A stretch of 64,000 nucleotides of DNA from an uncultured Bacteroidales bacterium (GCA_949285735.1 CASEAQ010000021.1:5737-69736); one strand, 5' to 3'. Positions 45,698-54,941 are shown, counted from the first letter of the stretch. The notes: generated by a model from the letters alone, not told the origin. A program made the numbers and translations.

Positions 45698-47005
45698 TCA
45701 AGATGTTCTGATTATATTAGCCCCGATGGCATTCAACCGCTTGTCGATGTCCTGGTATCCACGATCGATTTGGTCGATGTTATGGATATAGCTCGTACCG
45801 CGCGCCGACATTGCAGCTATCAACAATGCTATGCCGGCACGTATGTCGGGCGATACCATGTTGGAAGCCCGCAACGAGTTGCGCCGTCCAAGCCCGATGA
45901 CTGCTGCGCGGTGCGGGTCGCACAATATGATTTGCGCACCCATGTCTATCAGCTTGTCAACGAAGAACAAGCGGCTCTCAAACATCTTCTGGTGTATAAG
46001 CACGCACCCCTTGGCTTGGGTAGCCACCACGAGCATCACGCTGAGCAAGTCGGGCGACAAACCGGGCCACGGAGCGTCGGCAATGTTCATTATCGACCCA
46101 TCGATAAAGGTTTCGATCTCATACACGTCTTGCGACGGTATGTGTATGTCGTCGCCCACCACATCGAGCTTCACCCCAAGCCGCTTGAAGCTGTCGGGAA
46201 TGATGCCGAGGTCTTTGATGGAAACATTCTTCAATGTTATGTCCGAGCCAGTCATTGCCGCCATGCCGATGAAGCTGCCCACTTCAATCATGTCGGGCAG
46301 AATCGTGTGTTGGCAGCCATGCAAGCTGGCTACGCCATCCACCGTCAGCAAGTTGGAACCTATGCCCGAGATTTTTGCTCCCATCGCGACCAGCATTCTC
46401 GACAACTGTTGCAGATAGGGCTCGCAGGCGGCATTGTATATCGTAGTCGTTCCTTCGGCAAGCACGGCAGCCATCAAAATATTGGCAGTGCCTGTCACCG
46501 AAGCCTCGTCGAGCAACATATACTCGCCATGCAACCGCTCCGCCCTGATTTCATATAGGTGGCGGTCGGACTTGTAGTCGAATGTTGCTCCAAGTTTCAT
46601 TATCCCAAGGAAATGGGTATCGAGCCGGCGGCGGCCTATCTTGTCACCGCCAGGTTTCGGCAATATGGCATACCCGTACCGGGCAAGAAGCGGCCCTATA
46701 ATCATCACCGATCCCCGCAACGACGACATTTTTTTACAAAATTCTGGCGTTTCGAGATATGCGACGTTTATAGCTTTGGCTTGGAACGTATATGACGACT
46801 CCCCTGCCCTCGTCACCGACACCCCCATATCTTTCAACAACGATATGAGGTTGTTCACGTCGAGTATGTCGGGCAAGTTGTGGATAGTCACTTCCTCATC
46901 GGTAAGCAACGTGGCACACAATATCTGCAACGCTTCGTTTTTGGCACCCTGTGGAATTATTTCGCCACACAATTGGTGTCCGCCTTCTACGACAAATGTA
47001 CTCAT
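45698..47005 (-). CDS. murA: UDP-N-acetylglucosamine 1-carboxyvinyltransferase
   Basis: EPSP-synthase-like fold with GAKNEALQ, the active-site loop PGGDKIGRRRLDTH and C-terminal IHNIDQIDRGY. Confidence 0.95.
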   Translation of the reverse strand: MSTFVVEGGHQLCGEIIPQGAKNEALQILCATLLTDEEVTIHNLPDILDVNNLISLLKDMGVSVTRAGESSYTFQAKAINVAYLETPEFCKKMSSLRGSVMIIGPLLARYGYAILPKPGGDKIGRRRLDTHFLGIMKLGATFDYKSDRHLYEIRAERLHGEYMLLDEASVTGTANILMAAVLAEGTTTIYNAACEPYLQQLSRMLVAMGAKISGIGSNLLTVDGVASLHGCQHTILPDMIEVGSFIGMAAMTGSDITLKNVSIKDLGIIPDSFKRLGVKLDVVGDDIHIPSQDVYEIETFIDGSIMNIADAPWPGLSPDLLSVMLVVATQAKGCVLIHQKMFESRLFFVDKLIDMGAQIILCDPHRAAVIGLGRRNSLRASNMVSPDIRAGIALLIAAMSARGTSYIHNIDQIDRGYQDIDKRLNAIGANIIRTS

Positions 47006-47060
47006 GGCTTTTGCATGTTATTAGGTGAATATGATTTTAGTCACCACCGCACGCCGACAG

Positions 47061-47660
47061 TCATTTCTTCTTTTTCTTCTTGCCTGCCGCTGGTGCTGGT
47101 GCTGGAGCTTCCTTAAATTCGCGCAACTTGTATGTTGTCGCATCGAGATTTATTTTCCCCTTGGAGTAGTGGTACAAGTCTTTGAGAATCTTCTCATCGT
47201 CCACGCCCTCCTTGTTGATTGAGAATATCAATTTCTTCATGTGGTTGGCAATCAGCGACACCAAGGCATCTTTTTCTTCCCCCTCGGGGTATTTGCATGC
47301 TTCGGCTATCATCTGCTCGATGAGCTTGCCATAGTGGCGGTATTTGATATGTTCGAGCTTGTATTCAACCTTTTCGGGCTTGCTCACAAGGCTCTCCTTT
47401 TTCACCACATCACACGGGAAATCGATGTCGAGCTTGAAATCCGACATAATGGCAAGATGATCCCACAACTTGTGCTTGTAGTCGTCCACGTCCTTAATCT
47501 GTGGAAACAGGTTCCCCATGATTTGGATTATCGTGTTGGCACACCGTGTACGTTCCTCGCGGTCGGGAATCGTCACACAGTAGTCAACCATCTGTTGCAC
47601 ATTACGCCCATACTCGGGCAATACCAATTTCTCCTTTTGTGTATTGTATTCTAAACTCAT
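47061..47660 (-). CDS. DUF4290 domain-containing protein
   Basis: N-terminus LVLPEYGRNVQQMVDYC is recognised as the Bacteroidota DUF4290 family, with a Lys-rich C-terminus. It lies upstream of murA, as is typical. Confidence 0.7.
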   Translation of the reverse strand: MSLEYNTQKEKLVLPEYGRNVQQMVDYCVTIPDREERTRCANTIIQIMGNLFPQIKDVDDYKHKLWDHLAIMSDFKLDIDFPCDVVKKESLVSKPEKVEYKLEHIKYRHYGKLIEQMIAEACKYPEGEEKDALVSLIANHMKKLIFSINKEGVDDEKILKDLYHYSKGKINLDATTYKLREFKEAPAPAPAAGKKKKKK

Positions 47661-47689
47661 TTACAATATGTAGTTCGTGAAATCAAGTA

Positions 47690-47697
47690 CAAATATA
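47690..47697 (-). promoter_or_regulatory. -7 promoter box TATATTTG (DUF4290-murA-rimM operon)
   Basis: Exact TAnnTTTG match on the minus strand, 30 nt upstream of the ATG at 47660. Confidence 0.6.
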
Positions 47698-47741
47698 AAC
47701 CAAAGTATTATTTGCTGCAAACTCGCAACAACTATTTATCG

Positions 47742-48437
47742 TCAAAACAACTTCTTGGGCGTAGTGGCTTGGAACTCCTTCAAGTACATGGGTGTCGAAT
47801 AAGCCACATCTATAAACCGTCCTTCACGGAAGTGCTTCTCGGCAAGTGCCAGCATATCCATTGCCACAGGCTTCACTCCAGGGATATAGCGCAAATCGTC
47901 GCCTGGTGTTATTATATCCTTCGCCTTGTCCGACCCGTTGCCCATCATCACCAGCACGTGCTCCTTGCGGAACTGCGCATACGAGTCGGCATCGAGTATC
48001 ATGGGCTGCGGTTCGAGCATGGCTTCGAGTGCTGGAGTATAGACCGCCGTATAGACCTCCTTGCGGCGGGCATCGAGCATGGGAACATATAGCAGGTTGT
48101 CCTCGTCGAAGAAGTTGGCAAACATCGTTGACACCACAAGCAATTGCAGCGTGTTGACTCCTATCAAAGGCACCGACAGCCCGAAGCAAAGCCCCTTTGC
48201 CTCGGACAACCCTATGCGCAAGCCCGTGTATGACCCGGGACCGATGCTCACGGCAACGGCATCGAGCTTCAAGTCGCGTGTACGCGCATAAGTGACACAA
48301 CTTTCCACAAAGCGGCTCAACACCACGGCATGGTTATGGCCCTCATAATCTTCGTGATGCTCAAGCACCTGCCCGTCTTGCGTCAACGCCACCGAACACA
48401 CGTCGGTCGAAGTTTCTATATTTAATATCGTCGGCAT
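47742..48437 (-). CDS. tsaB: tRNA t6A37 threonylcarbamoyltransferase complex subunit TsaB
   Basis: ILNIETSTDVCSVAL N-terminus and GPGSYTGLRIG motif; 231 aa. Confidence 0.9.
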   Translation of the reverse strand: MPTILNIETSTDVCSVALTQDGQVLEHHEDYEGHNHAVVLSRFVESCVTYARTRDLKLDAVAVSIGPGSYTGLRIGLSEAKGLCFGLSVPLIGVNTLQLLVVSTMFANFFDEDNLLYVPMLDARRKEVYTAVYTPALEAMLEPQPMILDADSYAQFRKEHVLVMMGNGSDKAKDIITPGDDLRYIPGVKPVAMDMLALAEKHFREGRFIDVAYSTPMYLKEFQATTPKKLF

Positions 48438-48459
48438 TTCTGTCTATTGAAAATCTATG

Positions 48460-48467
48460 CAAAATTA
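48460..48467 (-). promoter_or_regulatory. -7 promoter box TAATTTTG (tsaB)
   Basis: Exact TAnnTTTG match on the minus strand, 23 nt upstream of the ATG at 48437. Confidence 0.55.
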
Positions 48468-48512
48468 ATTGTTTTTTTCCTCATTTATGCCACACCTTTC
48501 TTTATTTTCCAT

Positions 48513-48520
48513 TAATTTTG
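48513..48520 (+). promoter_or_regulatory. -7 promoter box TAATTTTG (yicC-gmk-nadD operon)
   Basis: Exact TAnnTTTG match 17 nt upstream of the ATG at 48537. Confidence 0.6.
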
Positions 48521-48536
48521 CAAAAAAAGCACGACA

Positions 48537-49415
48537 ATGATATTATCGATGACTGGATTTGGGAAGACTGTGGTAATTTTCAACAACAAGAAAATAACCG
48601 CCGAAATCAAATCCTTAAACAGCAAACAATTAGACATTGCAATACGCCTGCCGCAGGCATACAGGGAAATTGAACTTGAATTGCGAAACATGGTGGCAAA
48701 GTCGCTCGAACGGGGAAAGGTTGACTTGTTCATATACACCGAAGCCAACGACGACTCGCCCACTGCCACACTCAACATTCCGCTAATCAAGTCCTACAAG
48801 CAACAATTGCAAGAACTTGCCCTCTCGCTCAACGTGCCAGAGCCGCAAGACTGGTTTGCTACGCTGCTGCGGCTTCCCGAGGCGATTAAGACCGACTCAA
48901 ACAGCAACGAGATTGAAGATGGCGAAATTGAAAGCATAAAGCAGGCTGTGGCACAAGCCACCGAAGCACTCATCGAATTCCGCACGCAGGAGGGCAACCG
49001 CCTTGAAACTTTCTTCAGGCAGAAAATCGACAATATCAGGAACCTGCTTGCCGAAGTCGCCCCACACGAGGCCGACCGCATCACCAAAATCAAAGCCCGC
49101 ATACTCGACTCGCTCGCCAAGCTCGAAGGCGTGGAGTATGACCACAACCGCTTTGAGCAGGAAATGATTTTCTATATCGAGAAATTAGACATCAACGAAG
49201 AAAAATTGCGGTTGCAAAACCACCTCGACTACTTCATCGAGACGCTCGACAACGGCCACGGACAAGGCAAGAAACTTGGATTCATCAGCCAGGAAATGGG
49301 CAGGGAAATCAACACGCTCGGCTCAAAATCGAACCATGCCGAAATGCAAATCATCGTGGTGAAGATGAAAGACGAGCTCGAACAAATAAAGGAACAGGTT
49401 CTCAACGTAATGTAA
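48537..49415 (+). CDS. yicC: YicC/YloC family stress-induced endoribonuclease-like protein
   Basis: N-terminus SMTGFG and C-terminus EMGREINTLGSKSN...VKMK.ELE.IKEQVLNV. Confidence 0.9.
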   Translation: MILSMTGFGKTVVIFNNKKITAEIKSLNSKQLDIAIRLPQAYREIELELRNMVAKSLERGKVDLFIYTEANDDSPTATLNIPLIKSYKQQLQELALSLNVPEPQDWFATLLRLPEAIKTDSNSNEIEDGEIESIKQAVAQATEALIEFRTQEGNRLETFFRQKIDNIRNLLAEVAPHEADRITKIKARILDSLAKLEGVEYDHNRFEQEMIFYIEKLDINEEKLRLQNHLDYFIETLDNGHGQGKKLGFISQEMGREINTLGSKSNHAEMQIIVVKMKDELEQIKEQVLNVM

Positions 49416-49422
49416 TCCATCG

Positions 49423-49995
49423 ATGAAAAAAGGAAAACTCATCATAATTTCGGCTCCTTCGGGCTGCGGAAAATCGACAATAATCAACGAGATTATAAAA
49501 AATCCTGAATTGAAACTCGAATTTTCAATTTCGGCAACCACCCGCGAGCCGCGGCGCGGCGAGAGCAACGGCGTGAACTACTACTTCATGTCGGTCGATG
49601 ACTTCAAAAATGCCATCGCCAACGACCAACTCATAGAATATGAGGAGGTGTATCCGGGCCGCTTCTATGGAACTCCGCGCAGCGAAATCGACCGTATTCG
49701 CGACAAGGGGCGCAACGTGATACTCGACATCGACGTGATGGGCGGCATCAACGTGAAGCAGAAGTTCGGCGACGATGCCCTGTCGATTTTCATTCAGCCG
49801 CCAAGCATCGACACCCTGCGGCAACGCCTCAACGACCGTGGCACCGACTCGCCCGAGGCTATTGCGCAACGTGTGGAAAAAGCCGGCTTTGAAATCGCGC
49901 AATCGTGCCATTTCGACAAAATCGTTGTCAACGACCGCCTCGAAGTGGCAGTGAGGGAGACCGAAGAGCTGATAAAGGCGTTTATCAACGAATAA
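49423..49995 (+). CDS. gmk: guanylate kinase
   Basis: P-loop SAPSGCGKST and TTREPRRGE, YYF motifs. Confidence 0.95.
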   Translation: MKKGKLIIISAPSGCGKSTIINEIIKNPELKLEFSISATTREPRRGESNGVNYYFMSVDDFKNAIANDQLIEYEEVYPGRFYGTPRSEIDRIRDKGRNVILDIDVMGGINVKQKFGDDALSIFIQPPSIDTLRQRLNDRGTDSPEAIAQRVEKAGFEIAQSCHFDKIVVNDRLEVAVRETEELIKAFINE

Positions 49996-50027
49996 GCCCA
50001 CACACGCTTGCAAGGAGGCTCATTCTC

Positions 50028-50609
50028 ATGAAGATAGGCATTTTCGGCGGGTCGTTCAACCCCATCCACACAGGGCACGCAATCCTCACCAACTACCTCA
50101 TCAACGACACCGACCTCGATGCCGTGTGGCTGATGGTGGCTCCACAAAACCCCTTGAAAGAGGGCTACGACCGCTCGCTCGACCTGCACCGCCTGCGCAT
50201 GACCGAGATGGTGGCAAGCCGTTTCGAGGGTGTCATCACGTCGGGGCTCGAATTTTCACTGCCCCAGCCCTCCTACACCATCAACACACTGCACGCGCTT
50301 GCTGAGAAGTTCCCCGACGACGAATTTGTCCTTGTCATCGGTGCCGACAACTGGGCGATATTCAACCGTTGGAAAAATCACGACGAGATAATAGCAAACC
50401 ACCACATATATGTATATCCTCGACGGGGTTACGAAATTTCAATCCCGGCAGAACTGAGCAACAAAGTCAAAGCCCTCGACTCGCCGTTGATAGAAATTTC
50501 ATCCACCATGATACGCGAGAAGTTGTCACACTCCCACGACGTGTCATACTACCTGCCCGACGATGTTTACCAATACATAAAACGACACAATCTATACACA
50601 GCAAAATAA
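50028..50609 (+). CDS. nadD: nicotinate-nucleotide adenylyltransferase
   Basis: GGSFNPIHTGH nucleotidyltransferase motif and ISST near the C-terminus. The start is taken at MKIGIFGG, because the track start at 49905 overlaps gmk. Confidence 0.92.
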   Translation: MKIGIFGGSFNPIHTGHAILTNYLINDTDLDAVWLMVAPQNPLKEGYDRSLDLHRLRMTEMVASRFEGVITSGLEFSLPQPSYTINTLHALAEKFPDDEFVLVIGADNWAIFNRWKNHDEIIANHHIYVYPRRGYEISIPAELSNKVKALDSPLIEISSTMIREKLSHSHDVSYYLPDDVYQYIKRHNLYTAK

Positions 50610-51124
50610 TGCCCCAAGAAAACAATTTAAGCCCCAACAGCCTTGCGTTCATTGCACTTGCCAATGAATATTGCCATGCCGTAGAAAACGTGTTTGAATA
50701 TGGCGAACGCTCGGCTTTCATCGCCGAAATGCTGAAGTTGCTGCCGCGGCTCTACATTTCGGCTTCGGACATAAAAATTGACGACGAAAACGAGACTGGC
50801 GGATATATCGACAGCTTCCTCGACGAAAACGACTATGACGCGGCGCGAGCCAACATGAGCCGCATCATTGGCGAGGACGACACCTACCTCGAAGTCTTCA
50901 TCGACGACATGAAATATTCCGACACGCCCATCAGCACCAACATAAGCGAAAACCTCGCCGACATCTACCAGCCGCTCTACAACTTCGTGGCTACGGTGAA
51001 AGATGCCACCAACGAGACCATCTTGGAAGCCATCGCGGCGATAAAAGCCGACTTCGACACCTATTGGGGGCAGACGCTATGCAACGTGCTGCGGGCACTG
51101 CACTCGATTTATTACAAGGCATAA
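50609..51124 (+). CDS. DUF5063 domain-containing protein
   Basis: The ATG overlaps the nadD stop codon (TAATG). The sequence LAFIALANEYCHAVEN...LPRLY is recognised as DUF5063, which is usually found after nadD in Bacteroidales. Confidence 0.7.
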   Translation: MPQENNLSPNSLAFIALANEYCHAVENVFEYGERSAFIAEMLKLLPRLYISASDIKIDDENETGGYIDSFLDENDYDAARANMSRIIGEDDTYLEVFIDDMKYSDTPISTNISENLADIYQPLYNFVATVKDATNETILEAIAAIKADFDTYWGQTLCNVLRALHSIYYKA

Positions 51125-51158
51125 TCCTACCTACAAAAAACCAAATAACGACTTTTTT

Positions 51159-52448
51159 ATGAGCAAGCACATAAGTTCACTACTCGAGTTCCTCGACAAC
51201 AGCCCTTGCAATTTCCTTGCTGTTGACTCATGCAAGAAGATGCTCGTCGAAAACGGGTTCACCGAAATCGACCTGGGCGACAAGTGGCAACTTTCGCCCG
51301 GTGGCAAGTATTTCACCACCAAAAACGACTCTGCAATATTTGCCTTCACAATAGGCAGCACACCAGTTGCCGATGCCGGGGTGAGGATAATCGCCGCCCA
51401 CAGCGACTCGCCATGCTTTCGCATCAAGCCTCATGCGGCAATGCTTGCCGAAGGGGGGATAGTGAAGCTCAACACCGAGGTCTATGGCGGACCCATACTC
51501 TACACATGGTTCGACCGCCCGTTGTCGGTTGCCGGGCGCGTGATTTTGCGCAGCGGCGATGCATTGCGCCCCGTCACAAGGCTAATCAAGATTGAGCGTC
51601 CGTTGCTCGTCATTCCACACCTGCCCATCCACTTCAACCGCGGTGTCAACGAGGGCAACCCGCTGTCGAAGCAAAAGGATATGCTCCCCGTGCTGTGCCG
51701 CATCACCGAGGCTGCCGAGAAAGACAACCTGCTGCTCGACATCATTGCAAAAGAACTCAACGTGGCAACTGGCGACATTCTCGACTTCGACCTCATGCTC
51801 TACGACACCCACCGTGCCACACTCACGGGGCTTAACAACGAATTTGTGTGCTCGGGGCGCATCGACGACCTAAGCATGGTTCACGCAGCCATCACGGCTA
51901 TCATCGAGGGCAGCGGAACAGGCACGACGCGCATCGCCGCCATCTTCGACAACGAAGAGACCGGCAGCGGCACCAAGCAGGGTGCGGCATCGCCCGTGCT
52001 TGCCAACATCATTCAGCGCATCTGCCTTGCGCAAGGCGGCTCGCACGAAGACTTCATGCGCGGCATAGCTCGGTCGTTCATGATTTCGGCTGACAATGCC
52101 CACGCCTTCCATCCCAATTATCCCGAGAAGTTCGACCCCACCAACCATCCTGCCATAGGCGGCGGTCCGGTGATAAAAATCAACGCCAACTGCAAATACA
52201 TGACCGATGCCCATTCGGCAGCCATCTTCCGCAGCCTGTGCGAAGAAGCAGGGTCGCCCTACCAGTATTTCGTCAACCATTCCGACGTTGCCGGAGGTTC
52301 GACGCTGGGCAACATACTCACATCACAAATCGACATCGAAGGTGTCGATGTAGGCAACCCGTTGTGGGCAATGCACTCGGTGTGCGAAACCGGTTCTACC
52401 AGCGACCACGAGAATATGATAAAGGTGTTCACACACTTTTTCAACTGA
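51159..52448 (+). CDS. M18 family aminopeptidase
   Basis: AHSDSPCFRIKP, the HL..H stretch (IPHLPIHFNR), DNEETGS and GNPLWAMHS motifs of the aspartyl-aminopeptidase family. Confidence 0.9.
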   Translation: MSKHISSLLEFLDNSPCNFLAVDSCKKMLVENGFTEIDLGDKWQLSPGGKYFTTKNDSAIFAFTIGSTPVADAGVRIIAAHSDSPCFRIKPHAAMLAEGGIVKLNTEVYGGPILYTWFDRPLSVAGRVILRSGDALRPVTRLIKIERPLLVIPHLPIHFNRGVNEGNPLSKQKDMLPVLCRITEAAEKDNLLLDIIAKELNVATGDILDFDLMLYDTHRATLTGLNNEFVCSGRIDDLSMVHAAITAIIEGSGTGTTRIAAIFDNEETGSGTKQGAASPVLANIIQRICLAQGGSHEDFMRGIARSFMISADNAHAFHPNYPEKFDPTNHPAIGGGPVIKINANCKYMTDAHSAAIFRSLCEEAGSPYQYFVNHSDVAGGSTLGNILTSQIDIEGVDVGNPLWAMHSVCETGSTSDHENMIKVFTHFFN

Positions 52449-52512
52449 CGGCAGCCCGACGGCAATTGCCCAAATTGACAAAGATAGATTTGGCTAACTA
52501 TCATATTTTTCT

Positions 52513-52520
52513 TATTTTTG
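52513..52520 (+). promoter_or_regulatory. -7 promoter box TATTTTTG (phosphosugar mutase gene)
   Basis: Exact TAnnTTTG match 49 nt upstream of the ATG at 52569. It overlaps the TTG start at 52518 used in the ORF track. Confidence 0.55.
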
Positions 52521-52568
52521 CTCAGAGATTTAACCTGGAAATTATTAACAATAAAATACCATTCAATT

Positions 52569-54317
52569 ATGGAAGACAATCAATTACTGCAACAAGTAAT
52601 CGCCAAAGCCAAGACGTGGCTCACCGACGGTTACGACAAGGAAACCCAAGCCGAGGTGCAACGTATGCTCGATGCCGAGGATAAGACCGAGCTTATCGAC
52701 TCGTTCTATAAAGACCTTGAATTCGGCACTGGCGGATTGCGCGGCATAATGGGTGTAGGTTCCAACCGCATGAACATATACACCGTCGGCATGGCTACCC
52801 AAGGACTTTCCAACTACCTAAAGGACGCTTTCGCCGACCTCGACCAAATAAAGGTGGTTGTTGGCTGCGACGTGCGCAACAACAGCACCAAATTCTCAAA
52901 AATTGTTGCCGACATCTTCTCGGCAAACGGTATAAAGGTTTACCTCTTTGACGCTCCGCGCCCCACACCCGAAACTTCATTCGCCATTCGCCTGCTCGGT
53001 TGCCAGAGTGGTGTAATCATCACCGCCTCACACAACCCCAAGGAATATAACGGCTACAAAGCCTACTGGAACGACGGCGCACAGATGATTTCTCCGCACG
53101 ATGTGAAGACCATCGAGTATGTCAACAAGGTGACAAGCGTTGATCAAATCAAGTTCAAGGGCGACGACAGCCTCATCGAGGTAATCGGCGAAAACATCGA
53201 TGCCCAATTCATCGACCAAATCAAGACCCTCTCGCTTAGCCCCGACGTGATTGCCCGCAACCACGACTTGAAGATTGTTTACACTCCAATCCACGGCACT
53301 GGCAAGTTCCTCATTCCGCGCTCGCTCGCCAACTGGGGCTTCACCAATGTTATACACGTTCCCGAACAGGACGTGCAAAGCGGCGACTTCCCGACAGTTG
53401 ACTCGCCCAACCCCGAAAACGCCTCGGCTATGGCCATGGCTATCGAAAAAGCCAAGGAAGTGGATGCCGACATCGTTATGGCGTCAGACCCCGATGCCGA
53501 CCGCGTGGGTGTGGTAATCAAGAACACCAAGGGCGAATATGCCTTGCTCAACGGCAACCAGATAGTGATGATATTCCTCTACTACCTCATCGCCCGCAAC
53601 AAGGAACTCGGCCGCCTCACCGGCAACGAATATATCGTAAAGACAATCGTCACCACCGACACCATCAAGTCTATCGCCAGCAAGCAAGGCATGGAACTCT
53701 ATGACTGCTACACCGGCTTCAAGTGGATTGCAGCTATCATGAAAGAAAACGAGGGCAAGAAACGCTACCTCGGCGGTGGCGAAGAAAGCTACGGCTTCCT
53801 TGCCGAAGAGTTCGTGCGCGACAAAGACTCGGTTTCGGCAATCTCCCTGATGGCTGAAATCGCAGCATGGGCAAAAGACAAGGGCATGGACATGAACGAG
53901 ATGCTCATCGACATATACATGACCTATGGCTACTCGAAGGAGAAAGGCGTGTCGCTCGTGCGCCCGGGCAAGACTGGTGCCGACGAGATTGTGGCAATCA
54001 TGAAGGGCTTCCGCACCAATCCTCCAAAGGAATTGGCTGGCTCGCCCATCGTCACCATCAAGGACTTCAGCACGCTCGAAGAGAAAGATGTAAAGACTGG
54101 CAACGTAACCAAGCTCGAAATGCCTGTAACCTCAAACGTGCTTCAATTCTACACCGAAGACGGAACAAAGGTTTCGGTACGCCCGTCTGGAACAGAGCCT
54201 AAGATTAAGTTCTACATCGAAGTTCACGACACTCTCGCATCGGCAGCCGAATATGACGCTACCAACGAACGTGCCGACAAGAAAATCGAACAAGTTGCAA
54301 AAGACCTTGGTATCTAA
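52569..54317 (+). CDS. phospho-sugar mutase (phosphoglucomutase/phosphomannomutase family)
   Basis: Active-site serine loop TASHNPKEYNGYK, metal-binding DPDADR, and GGEESYG sugar-binding loop. Confidence 0.93.
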   Translation: MEDNQLLQQVIAKAKTWLTDGYDKETQAEVQRMLDAEDKTELIDSFYKDLEFGTGGLRGIMGVGSNRMNIYTVGMATQGLSNYLKDAFADLDQIKVVVGCDVRNNSTKFSKIVADIFSANGIKVYLFDAPRPTPETSFAIRLLGCQSGVIITASHNPKEYNGYKAYWNDGAQMISPHDVKTIEYVNKVTSVDQIKFKGDDSLIEVIGENIDAQFIDQIKTLSLSPDVIARNHDLKIVYTPIHGTGKFLIPRSLANWGFTNVIHVPEQDVQSGDFPTVDSPNPENASAMAMAIEKAKEVDADIVMASDPDADRVGVVIKNTKGEYALLNGNQIVMIFLYYLIARNKELGRLTGNEYIVKTIVTTDTIKSIASKQGMELYDCYTGFKWIAAIMKENEGKKRYLGGGEESYGFLAEEFVRDKDSVSAISLMAEIAAWAKDKGMDMNEMLIDIYMTYGYSKEKGVSLVRPGKTGADEIVAIMKGFRTNPPKELAGSPIVTIKDFSTLEEKDVKTGNVTKLEMPVTSNVLQFYTEDGTKVSVRPSGTEPKIKFYIEVHDTLASAAEYDATNERADKKIEQVAKDLGI

Positions 54318-54362
54318 CCAATCGGGCACTCCGAAAAGTTACAGACCGCAACTATAACACAC

Positions 54363-54408
54363 AAGGGTCGTGTCAAGCTCCACACAGAGCAATGGCACGA
54401 CCCTTTTT
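54363..54408 (+). terminator. rho-independent terminator of the phosphosugar mutase gene
   Basis: 10-bp stem AAGGGTCGTG (54363-54372) / CACGACCCTT (54396-54405) followed by TTTTATT. Confidence 0.7.
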
Positions 54409-54458
54409 ATTGTTAACAAAGTAGTGTATCATAATTGCAAACACATTTATTTATCGTA

Positions 54459-54480
54459 GAGCCGTGGCGTGCCGCGGCTC
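54459..54480. other. GC-rich hairpin GAGCCGTGG-CGTG-CCGCGGCTC
   Basis: 9-bp stem (one G-T pair) with a 4-nt loop, in the non-coding spacer upstream of the nested palindromic element. Confidence 0.5.
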
Positions 54481-54539
54481 ATCCGCACAAATTGTATATT
54501 TAGCGAACACTAAAACAACCTATTAGAAGCAACAAAGCA

Positions 54540-54559
54540 GGGCGGCGAAGCCGTCCAAC
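54540..54559 (+). repeat. REP-like hairpin unit A: GGGCGGCGAAGCCGTCCAAC
   Basis: Internal 7-bp hairpin GGGCGGC-GAA-GCCGTCC (one G-T pair) followed by an AAC tail. Confidence 0.7.
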
Positions 54560-54630
54560 CTCGCGCTAACCGGGGGTGACGCAGCCCTTTAGGGCAAGGA
54601 ACCCTCGGGCAACCATCACCACTCACAGCA

Positions 54631-54650
54631 GGGCCTCGAAGAGGTCCAAC
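54631..54650 (+). repeat. REP-like hairpin unit B: GGGCCTCGAAGAGGTCCAAC
   Basis: Same frame as unit A, but the inner 4 bp change from CGGC/GCCG to CCTC/GAGG, a fully compensatory change. Confidence 0.7.
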
Positions 54651-54715
54651 GTGCCACTTTGGTAGTGCTTAAACAGCATTACAAACCGCCCTGTACGTTT
54701 TTGCAATGGAGCTTC

Positions 54716-54735
54716 GTTGGACCTCTTCGAGGCCC
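54716..54735 (-). repeat. REP-like hairpin unit B, inverted copy
   Basis: GTTGGACCTCTTCGAGGCCC is the exact reverse complement of 54631-54650. Confidence 0.7.
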
Positions 54736-54809
54736 TATACTGTGGAGTAGCAGTATCCGCCGGTTCCTTGCCAACTTCGTGTGGCTGCGTCACCGGCGGT
54801 TATGGCATA

Positions 54810-54829
54810 GTTGGACGGCTTCGCCGCCC
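54810..54829 (-). repeat. REP-like hairpin unit A, inverted copy
   Basis: GTTGGACGGCTTCGCCGCCC is the exact reverse complement of 54540-54559. Confidence 0.7.
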
Positions 54830-54901
54830 CCCGTGATACAGCATTCCGTGACATACCTTCATCACAGGAATACACAAATACGCCAGCATTCACACAATGA
54901 C

Positions 54902-54941
54902 GAAGGGCGCACCCCCCCGATGTTGGGAGGTTGCGCCCTTC
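54902..54941 (-). terminator. terminator hairpin of the RND efflux operon
   Basis: 10-bp stem GAAGGGCGCA (54902-54911) / TGCGCCCTTC (54932-54941), 25 nt downstream of the TolC stop. There is no strong U-run. Confidence 0.5.

Larger units (their letters stand above)
54540..54829. repeat. 290-nt nested inverted-repeat element (BIME-like REP cluster or candidate long-hairpin RNA)
   Basis: Perfect helices at 54540-59/54810-29 (20 bp), 54567-72/54797-802 (6 bp), 54575-86/54783-94 (12 bp), 54593-603/54762-72 (11 bp) and 54631-50/54716-35 (20 bp). The helix 54621-28/54740-48 has 8 bp with one bulge. A 65-nt apex sits at the centre, and the segments between the helices differ between the arms. Confidence 0.75.

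Noticed and set aside
54540-54829. A CRISPR array or an invertible promoter (inverton) as the explanation for the repeats at 54.5 kb.
   Set aside because: It is not CRISPR because the units are inverted rather than direct, there are only two pairs, spacing is irregular and there are no cas genes. An inverton is less likely because both flanking genes end here, so there is no downstream gene to switch, and no recombinase is nearby. This can still be tested with read-orientation analysis.
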